This document shows positions 28,590-38,600 of a stretch of DNA of 64,000 bases, piece by piece. The translations under genes and the position numbers were made by a program. Where the stretch lies: contig JBOEGA010000026.1 in NCBI GenBank assembly GCA_050633205.1, positions 1,412-65,411 of the forward strand, given 5' to 3'. The notes beneath the pieces are model-generated. The model was not told the origin of the DNA. It worked only from the letters and a program-made list of their open reading frames with translations, and ran no database searches. Origin of the DNA: Methyloligellaceae bacterium. Its GTDB lineage: Bacteria; Pseudomonadota; Alphaproteobacteria; Rhizobiales; CBDHHC01. Positions within the stretch are counted from its first letter, which is position 1. Each line of letters starts with the position of its first letter.

Positions 28590-29183
28590 TCAGGATACCA
28601 ATTTAGCAAATGCCTGATCAAAGCCTTTTAGGGGTACGCTAATTTTGATATCTTTCTGGTTTACATTTTTAAAGGTGACATTGAGGACTTTGCCGCTTCT
28701 CATTTTTTTCAGTAAAGCACCTTTTACCGGCATACCAACATAGCAACCTCTCTGGTCGCAGGTCTGTATCTGCTGGGTATCTTCTTTTTCATTATCAATT
28801 TTAAATTTCAAGCCTGATGGAAGGTGTAATCCGTGCGGAAGCTGCACCATCATAACACCGTTTTTCTTATCTGGTGTTGCGCGCACAGTAATGCTCAATA
28901 AAAGCTGGCGTGTTTTTCGTAAAAATAGTTGTTGGGATGCTGCACAGTTAATTTTTACTCCATTGCTTGAGCAGTTGACCTGCCAGGGGAGAGGAGATGG
29001 TGCAGCTTTAGCAGTTTTATTGCCTGCTTTTTTATCGCTCGCCTGTGCAATTTTTGTCTTGTTGTCTTTACCCCATGATGAGAAGAGAGATGATGAGGGT
29101 TCTTTGGCAAATGCAGATGTCCCAATCGCGAGACAAAGCCCGGATATAGATGCAAATGTATATATCGTCTTTAGTGCATTCAT
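28590..29183 (-). CDS. IalB (invasion-associated locus B) family periplasmic protein, copy 2, divergent from the autotransporter
   Basis: It has a signal peptide (LCLAIGTSAFA). IalB-like landmarks are PWQVNCSS...INC, IQTCDQRGCYVGM and NVTFKNVNQKDIKISVPLKGFDQAFAKL. Confidence 0.7.
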   Translation of the reverse strand: MNALKTIYTFASISGLCLAIGTSAFAKEPSSSLFSSWGKDNKTKIAQASDKKAGNKTAKAAPSPLPWQVNCSSNGVKINCAASQQLFLRKTRQLLLSITVRATPDKKNGVMMVQLPHGLHLPSGLKFKIDNEKEDTQQIQTCDQRGCYVGMPVKGALLKKMRSGKVLNVTFKNVNQKDIKISVPLKGFDQAFAKLVS

Positions 29184-29647
29184 TGTTGTGACCTGTTTAT
29201 TCTTCTTTGTTGAGTAATTTTCGAGTTCGTATCTGCCATCAAAAGAGAGTTCTTGTCATAAGTCAAAATAAATTTTTATAGATGCAGATAATTTCCATAA
29301 TAATTGTACATGCATTAATGTTATGCATTTTGACGCCTTGTAAATAATCAAATTGTTGTATATTTGCTCAATCAAACGAAAGTCTATGTATCTGTATCGC
29401 AACATTTTTTTTTGTATTTCATAAAAGCAATTTTTGTAGTGGTTTTCCCTATAGATCAATGTGTGAATTTTGATCAGTATACTTTTCAGTAAGAAATATG
29501 TTTTGAATGCAATTATACCGCATTTTACATAATGCTGCAGCATGATTGTGAAATTGTGTCTGTTGTCACAGTATGCCCAAATAGTTCAGCGCCATGAAGC
29601 GCTGCTGCACATTTGCAAGATGTGTATGTAAAAAGACAGAGGTTTGT

Positions 29648-32600
29648 ATGTTTTCTCGTTTTGCGTCTTGTCGCCCAGATGTTTCTTTCGTGCGTATAGT
29701 CTCTTCAACTTCCAAAAAACTGATTTTTAGAAGCTGTTTGTTTGCAATTGCTCTTACCGGAGCAGTTGCGGGGCAAAATGTTGCCGTTGTGAAAGCTGAT
29801 GGTATTGATCTGTCAACGAAGGGTGCTGATGGTAAAAAGGGTAAAAAGAATTTTTATTTTTTCTGGTCAACCACAACCGACGGTGAAAAAGGCAAAGATG
29901 GCGGAAAGATAGACAAGACAATAAAGCAGGATGTTACTAGCAGTTCATCTCATGGAATAAATGCGGTCAGTACAGGGGGTAAAGGCGGAGATAGCGCCAG
30001 TTCCTGGGGCGTATTTTATAGCGGTACCGGCAATGCAGGTCGCGGTGGTAACGGCGGAGAAATAGAACTTAATTATGATGGCACTTTGAGTGTAAGCGGT
30101 GATGGTAACCACGGCATCAATGCAGTGAGCCAGGGAGGCAATGGTGGCCGGGGGGGTAAGTCTGAAGCAGCTTTTGCTTCGGACTCGGGAAGTTCCGGAA
30201 ATGGTGGTCAGGGCGGCAAAGTTACCGTAACCAATAATGGCCATATATCAACCACAGGTAATGAATCATACGGTATTAATGCTGTCAGCCGGGGTGGAGT
30301 AGGTAACGGTGGCGGATATGCCGGGAGTGGATTTGTTTCAGTTGGAGGCCGTGGAGGTGACGGTGCTTCGGGAGGTGATGTTACTGTAACGAACAACGGG
30401 GTTATCGAAACACATGGTTCAGGCTCTCATGGAATTAATGCCTTAAGCGAAGGCGGTAATGGCGGATCTGGTGAGGGTGGACTTGGCGTCTTTATCGGTG
30501 GTGTCGGGGGTTCTGGTGGAAAGAGTGGAGATTCCGGAAAGGTTGAGGTAACCAACAAGGGCAGCATTACAACCAGAGGAAATGAAGCGCATGGCATTAA
30601 TGCAGTAAACGGTTCAAGTCAAGGTGGGAATAGCGGCTGGGGCGGAGGCCTGTTTTTTGGTGCTACACAGAATGCTGGAAATGGTGGTAGCAGTGGTGAA
30701 ATAATTATTACCAATGGTAAAGATGGAGAAATAAGAACACACGGTAATTCTTCACATGGCATTAATGCAGAATCATATTCAGGAAATGGTGGACGTGGCG
30801 GAAATGTCTTTGGAGTCTTGTTTGGCCTTGGAGGTGCTGGTGGTTCTGGCGGTGGTTCTTCCGGGACAATTGATATAACCAATGAGGGAAAAATAGCGAC
30901 TTCAGGTGATGGTTCCCATGGAATTAATGCTATCAGTCACGGTGGTAGTGGCGGTGATAGTGGTTTGGGGTTAAGTGCATTTTTTGGTGCTGCACTTGAT
31001 GCTGGAAGTGGTTCTGGTTCCGGAAATATAACGATTACTAACAGTGGTGAAATTCATACATCCGGCAGTGGATCTCATGGTATAAACGCCGAAACGTCTG
31101 GCGGTAATGGCGGTCATGGCCAGGGTTCATTCGGTCTGATATTTGCTCTTGCCGGTCTGGGCGGAGATGGAGCTCTTGCTGGTCAGATAGATATTACGAA
31201 TAATGGGCTTATTACGACTTCAGGAAACAACTCGCATGGAATTAATGCTATCAGCAATGGTGGCAATGGCGGCAATAGTGGCTGGTCGGGAAGTCTTTTA
31301 ATCGGAGCTGCACAAGATGCCGGTGGCGGTGCTGCTGGTGGGAAAATCACTATCGTTAATAGCAAAGATGGTGAAATTCATACAAAGGGTGATGGCTCTC
31401 ACGGCATTAATGCTGAAAGTACCGGTGGTCATGGTGGACATGCACAGGGAACAATCGGAGTGCTGTTTTCGCTGGCAGGTCTGGGTGGTAATGGCGACCT
31501 TGGTGGTCAGATAGATATTACAAATCAAGGAACAATTACTACTTCAGGCGATGGTTCGCATGGAATAAATGCAGTTTCGACAGGTGGATATGGCGGCAAC
31601 AGTGGCTGGTCCGGTGGTTTGATAGCAGCTACACAACATGCCGGGAATGGTGGTGCCGGAGGACTAATAAATATTACCAATACTGGCATGATCCAGACAA
31701 CTGGCGAAAAATCTCACGGTATTAATGCCGTTGTAACTGGAGCACGTGGTGGTAACGGGGGTGATGTAATCGGGGCTCTTATCGGAGTTGCCGGTAAAGG
31801 TGGCAGAAGTGAAGGTGCCGGAGATATTGTCATCAATAATGAAGGAAGCATTGTAACATCAGGAACCGGGTCTCACGCGATAAACGCTGTTAGCGCTGGT
31901 GGATATGGCGGTACAGGGGGCTGGGCTGGCTGGGGTATGCTGGCTGCTGTCGCAGGCGGCGGAGGTGATGGCGGAAATGGTGGCAAGGTTACCGTTAATG
32001 ACAAGAATACCAGGACTGACCGGGTGTTTTTTACAATGGGTAAAGAGGCTCATGCGGTTAATGCCGAGAGTAAAGGAGAAACAGGTGGTCAGGGTGGCCT
32101 GACTGTCGGATTCCATCTTTTTGCTGGTGGCAGTGGTAGCGGCAGTGGTGGTAATGGCGGTAATGGTGATACCGTTGATATCAATTTCCTGAATTCACGA
32201 ACAACTGTACTGACAGCCGGTGAAAATGCACACGGTCTTGTTGCCAAAAGCCAGGGTGGTTCTGGTGGTAATGGGGGTATGTCTGTTGATGTTACCGGAG
32301 GCATGGGAGTAGCGCTGGGTCTTAGTTTTGCTAATTCCGGGGGAGATGGTGGTCATGGTGGTGACGTCTCTGTCAGAAACAGAGCAACTATAGTTACCGG
32401 CTATACTGAAGACGGTGTAACTGATGGCGTCGTTAATAATGGCAAAAATGCATATGGTATCAATGCAGTCAGTAATGGCGGTGATGGCGGCCGAGGTGGT
32501 GATGGTTATGTTTTCAGTTTTGCTATTCCGTATAAAGGAAGTCCTGCTGGCAGTGCAGCTATCGGCCTTAGTGGCCGTGGAGGAAATGGCGGGAATAGTG

Positions 32601-35600
32601 GCAGTGTTTATGTTCAAAACTCCGGTAAGGTCATAACATATGGCGAAGGTGCGCATGCAATTAATGCTGTAAGCCAAGGAGGAAATGGAGGCAATGGCGG
32701 TAATATTATTTCGGGTGCCGGCGCCTTTGGTACATCCCATACCGCAGCTGTGGCATTTGGAAAAGCTGGCGATGGCGGTGCTGGTGGTGCAGGTGGTATT
32801 GTTGATACCAGTAATTATGGCAGTATTTACACAAAAGGTGATGGTGCTTACGGGATTAATGCAGAAAGTACAGGTGGTGATGGCGGTAATGGCGGCATGG
32901 CAATATCTGCCGGTATTGCGTATTCCTTAGGTTCATCTGTTCCCGGAGTTAACAAGTCAAAGTCTGTCGCTGGCTCAGTAGCATGGAGTGGAAATGGTGG
33001 TAAAGGTGGTAATGCCAGTTCCGTGACCGTATCAAATGCAGGCAAGATAATAACTGACGGCAAAAGCTCGTACGGTATTAATGCAGTTGCTAAAGGTGGT
33101 AAAGGTGGAGATGGGAATGTAGCCGTTTCAGTTAGCCTGGCACCGGATGCAAATATCAGCTCTGCTGTTGAAGGAAAAGGTGGCAATGGTGGTACTGGTG
33201 ATCAAGTTACTGTTTCCAACAGAGGTGTAATCGCGACATTTGGTGATAAGTCACATGGCATCAATGCAGAGAGTGTTGGTGGCGATGGTGGTGTTACAGA
33301 CGTGACTGTTGCTGCTGGTGTGTCAGGTGGTTTCTCGCTAAATTTTGATATTCCTGCATATGGTGGTACGGGTGGAAATGGAAGTACCGTTACTGTAACC
33401 AATAAAGGTGTCATCTATACAAACGGGGATAACGCTTATGGAATTAATGCTGCAAGTCGTGGTGGCAACGGTGGTAATGGTGGCACTAATGCTGCAGCCA
33501 ACCTCTCACTGGGTGGTGATACCGGTGTAAATGTTGTTTCAGGTTCTTTTGGTGGACAAGGTGGTGCTGGTGGTTATGTGAATGGCCAGAATATCGGTCA
33601 GATATTGACTGAAGGGGAGGGATCCCATGGCATGTACGGAACCAGTGCAGGTGGTCAGGGCGGTCTAGGCGGTGACGTTATTACAGTTGGTGCCCTGAAT
33701 AAACATGGCCTGAATGTTTCAGTTGGTGGAGCTGGTGGCAATGGCGGGGGTGCAGGTTCTGTAAACCTTACCAACAGGGATATCATTCAGACAACCGGGC
33801 ATAATTCCATCGGCATGTATGGCCGTAGTAATGGCGGTAATGGAAATACAGGAGGTATGTCAATTGCTGTTGGTGTCGGGCAGATTTTACCTGAAAAATT
33901 CGGAATTAAGAATTCGCCAGCCGGAGCCGGATTGCAAGGCGGTAAGACTAATGTCGTCTCAAGGATATCAAACAGGCTAAAAAATACTCCAATTCAGGGG
34001 GCGGTATCTGTTGGTCGTAAAGGCGGAGATGGCGGTAACGGCGAAAATGTTACTCTGAAAAATAAACCTGGTTACAAGGTCAGAACCTGCAAGTTTATAT
34101 TCTTTTGCAGCGAAGCCGTTCAGGATGAGGAACCTGAAGAAGTAAACGGAGGAAATTTCTTTACACGACTGGTAAGTAATACAAAGGTCACGAAGCTTGA
34201 GGCTACAATATACACAGCTGGTAATTCTTCTCATGGTATGAAGGGAGAAAGCAGCGGTGGTGATGGTGGCGAGGGTGGAAAAGCCCTTGCTGTTGCCGGG
34301 GAAGGCTATTCAAAAGATCGAAATGCTGTCGATATCACCGATACGACTAAAGTGGACAGATTTAAAGATCCGAAGTCCGGTAATATTGCAGTGTCCTTTG
34401 CCGGAGATGGAGGTCGGGGCGGCAATGCCGGTGTTATAGACCTTACTAATTCAGGGGATATTGTAACTTCCGGTCATGGCTCAAGCGGTATGTATTTTCA
34501 TGGTGCTGGAGGGCATGGTGGAGATGGTGGTAATTCAGGGCTTGGTAAAAAGTTCTGGGGCGATGGTCTGTATGGTCTTAACCTGAATTTCGATGGAGAG
34601 AGTATTCTTGATCTTGGAGAGGATGCTGAACTGGGATTTGGCGGCGCCTATGTTTACGGAACGGGCCAGGGATCTATCGGTATCGCGATAAGTAAAGGCG
34701 GCAATGGTGGCCATGGTGGTAAGGGTGGCCAACTTATTGGTCTGAATGAAGGTAATGTCTGGACTAATGGTGTTGGAAGTGCCGGTATCAAGGCAGATGC
34801 CTCAGGTGGCAATGGCGGAGACGGTGGTATTGCGAATGCCGGAGCGATTGCATTTGCTGCTGAAACCACAACAAGTATTGCGATTGCTGTTGGCGGTGAT
34901 GGTGGTAATGGCGGTAAAGGTGGAATAATTAATTTTACCAATACTGGCAATATTATTACCGAAGGTACCAGTTCTGCCGGGATAGATGCTATCAGTGCAG
35001 GTGGTCGCGGTGGTGACGGGGGGACAGCCCGGGCATTCTACCTACAAAGGAATAAATCGAAACCTAAAGATACTCCGGGTACAGGTTCTTCTACATCATC
35101 AACACGCCCGGATTCAGGCAGCAGTTTATCAGATGCCATGAATTCAGCCGGAGATGCTGGCGGTAAACCAAATAAAAGTCTTATCTCGGCAGCATGGGAT
35201 CACATAAGAAAAAATCAGAAACCGAGTAAAGGTGATGATGCTCTCGCTAATGCTAATAACAGTGAGTATGGCTTTGAGATGACATTTGGCATGGGTGGTT
35301 CTGGTGGACATGGCGGTGATGGCGGTACTGTTGATATTACAAACCAGGGACAGATTTATACTGAAGGTGCTTTTTCTGCTGGTGTAAATGCTGCCAGCAT
35401 TGGAGGCGATGGTGGTAATGGCGGGGATTCTGCCAGAGGTATTGGTATTCTCTGGGCACTGGCAGAAGTTGAAAGTCTTTCACCACACTGGGCTACTCTT
35501 ACCAATCCTAAAATTGATATCGGTGGAAATGGTGGTAATGGCGGTAACGGATCTACTGTTACGATCAGCAATAGTGGAAAGATATATACAGGCGGAAACT

Positions 35601-38600
35601 ATTCGTCTGGAATTTTTGCTGCCAGCAGAGGCGGTAAAGGTGGCAAAGGTGGAACTGGAGACTCCGGATATATTGGTGACCTTTCCATTGGAGGAGAAGG
35701 TGGTCAGGCAGGGAGAGCCGGTGAAGTTAAAGTTACAAATAAACGAGAAAATACAAGAGATGATTTGCCACTTATTGTAACGGCTGGTGAGATGTCAAAT
35801 GCTATTACAGCGATCAGTGCAGGTGGTCGTGGCGGTGATGGCGGTGATGCCAGGTTCGGTGGAGAATGGTCTGTTATTCAGGATATGATTAACAAGTTCC
35901 GGACAAATAATGCCTGGAAATCCAAAGACGATTTCAAGAAGGCTTTAAAATCCTTCAGAGACAAAACCTTCTTACCAAGAATGGGGCTTGCTCTGGCCTG
36001 GAATGGTCGAGATGGAGCTGACGGAGCTCTTGTACACATTGACAGTGAAGGCATTTTGAGTACTGCAGGTGAATTATCGCACGGTATTCTGGCTATGAGT
36101 AATGGTGGTCATGGTGGTGCAGGAGGCAGTACTTATTCGAGTAATATCGGTAAACTTCCAAGGCCTGGTACAGGTGGTAGTGGCGGTGCTGGTGGCATGG
36201 TTGATATTATACACAATGGCGATATTTATGCCATTGGTAATGGATCACACGGCATTGTTGCTCAATCCACTGGTGGTAAGCGTGGAGAAAATGGTCAGGT
36301 AGAATATGCCTGGCTTGAAATGCCGTGGGACCTGACGCCTGATGCTAACTCTGATGATATAGCAGACTGGGATAACCCCGGTGTTGAGATTGGCGATATT
36401 CCAATAATACCAGGGCTGGATATATTCAAAAAGGCAGAAGATGGTAACGGTGGTACTATATCGATAAATGGTGAAGGCCTGATATATGTGGGTAATGCTG
36501 GTAATACCGATGCCTCAATTGGTATTCTTGCTCAAAGTATCAGTGGTGCAGAACCATTGGTGAAGGAAGTTACTGTTGAGATTAACGAAGAAGATCCTAA
36601 TGGTGATGGAGATACCAGCGATGCTGTTGACCTGGATGGGGATGGCAAGACAGATGGCAAGGTTCAGGTTGTCAATCTGGTTCCAACTGGTGAGCGTATA
36701 ACTTCCAAGCCGGGAAGCGGCAAAGGCGGTGATATCATTATCGATCGCAGTGGGGCTATCATGAGTCCTTATGACAATGGTATTGCAGTATTGCTTGAAA
36801 GTGCAGGCCAGCAGGGAGGTGGGAACATTGAATTCACCTTCAATAAAGGGAGCAATGAAATAAAGCTTTCAGATGCCGATGATGCACAGGACTTTAATGG
36901 TTATATCATTGGTGGAAGTGGCAGTGATGGTGCAGCTATTCTGATCAGAGGGGGGGCTGATAACAAGATTACCCTTGGTGAAGGTACCACTGTTTATTCA
37001 GGAAACTACAGAACGATAATTTCTGAAGATTCTTACGGAGATTTCAGTGTTATCGGTAATGACACAATCAATAACCATGGAAAGGTTATTGGTAATGTTG
37101 ACCTTGGCAGAGGCAATAACACATTTAATAACAAGGCGGGAGCTGAGTTCGTGACATATGAGCATGTCAGGCTTGGTAGTCCGGGCAACTATCTTGTTAA
37201 TGAAAGTGGCGGTTTGATAAATCCTTACGGCCTTGGTGTTGGTGAAACAAAGGTTGATGGTGGATATGTCGGAGAAGATGGCAGTAAAATGCGCTTTGAC
37301 GTACACTTTGGTTCAACCCGAACGCCTTATGTTTCTACTGGTGGTACCAATACAGGTCATACCTCAGGCTCAAATCCGAATTATGATAGCGATCATAGTG
37401 GTTCGCAAAATCCGGATGCAGATAAGTTTGCTGATATGACTGCTCGTGAAATTATTGAGTATTACAAGAATAACAAACCTTCAGCAGGTGAGAATGTACC
37501 GGATATTGCTAACCCGGACAGACCTGGTCAGGGATTTGGTTCTAATGAATTTGATAATGACACAAATGATACTGACGATAACGAAACCAGAGCGAACAAC
37601 CCTGAGGGTAGTGATCGTATGGTCTTTACAGGTAATGTTCACCTGAATGGTGCTATCTATATTGATCTGTTCAACCTTAGCAGGGGTGAGGAAACGCTGG
37701 TAATCTCAGAAGGGGACCTGACTGTTGGTAATGATCTGAAACTGGAGAAACTTTTCAGTAGTGCAGCTCTATCCAATATGGATTATGAGGTGATCAAGGA
37801 TGCTGATGGAAAAAGTCGTTTTATTGTAAAAATTGAAACTGATATTCAGAGGCTTGCTGCGAAGGGGAACCAGTCCAGTCTGAGTGTTCATCTTGATGAA
37901 ATTGTGAATGAGAGTGAGGATGGTGCCGGAGATGGCCTTTCTAATGCTCTGGCTTCTCTCGTCAAGGTTCCGGAGGGCCAGGAACATCTGATTGCTGCCT
38001 CGTTGGATACCGTTCATTCTGAGGCCTACCTTTCCCAGTTTACAAGTGCATTATTTTCTGACCTTGGTTTTGTGGACAGAATGGCAAATTGTGGAACCCA
38101 TGGTATAAGTTCCAGAATAGTTAATGGTAATTGCATCTGGGGGCAGGCTACTGTCAGGCAATTTGAGCAAGGAAGCAGTCTTACCAGTTTTGGAATGGAA
38201 GAAGATAGTCATATCTTTGCCGGAGGTTATCAGAGGGCAATATCCGAGAATGTGATGCTTGGAGTTTCTCTTCAATATGACCAGGGAACTTTGAAGGTTG
38301 AAGACAGGCTGACAAGTAAAATCAAAGCCGGAAAAATAGGTGGCTTTGGCAGATATAAAGAAGGGCCTTTTGAATTTACACTTGGGGCAAACTACGGTTA
38401 CAGCTGGTATGATAATAGCAGACGGATCAGTCTTCCAACCCAAATACTGAATGACGAAGGAGAAACTGAATATGGCCTTGGGGTTTTGCTTGCAAAAGGA
38501 AAAAGCTCTATTCAGTCTGGTGGTGTTCAGTTGCAGCTTGCCTATAAGCATGAGACCCGGAAGATGTATATTAAGCCCTTCATTGATTTAAGAGCAAACT

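Noticed and set aside
29256-29543. A 95-aa ORF lies in the ialB / autotransporter intergenic region.
   Set aside because: The DNA is extremely AT-rich. The product is Ile/Lys/Tyr/Phe-rich, as expected from random AT-rich sequence, with no RBS and no motif. This is more likely promoter DNA.
29948-36290. The highly regular repeat region could be a CRISPR array or other non-coding repeat.
   Set aside because: The repeats are in-frame codon repeats inside one continuous 3100-codon ORF. There is no repeat-spacer architecture and there are no cas genes. I saw no CRISPR array anywhere in the window.
29945-38551. Minus-strand ORFs with striking proline-rich PPLPP repeats lie inside the autotransporter gene. 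Plus-strand Met/Val-rich ORFs lie in an alternative frame.
   Set aside because: They are the reverse-complement or frameshifted reading of GGT/GGC/GGA glycine codon arrays (GGN reads as NCC, Pro). The periodicity is inherited from the real gene, so they are not separate genes.
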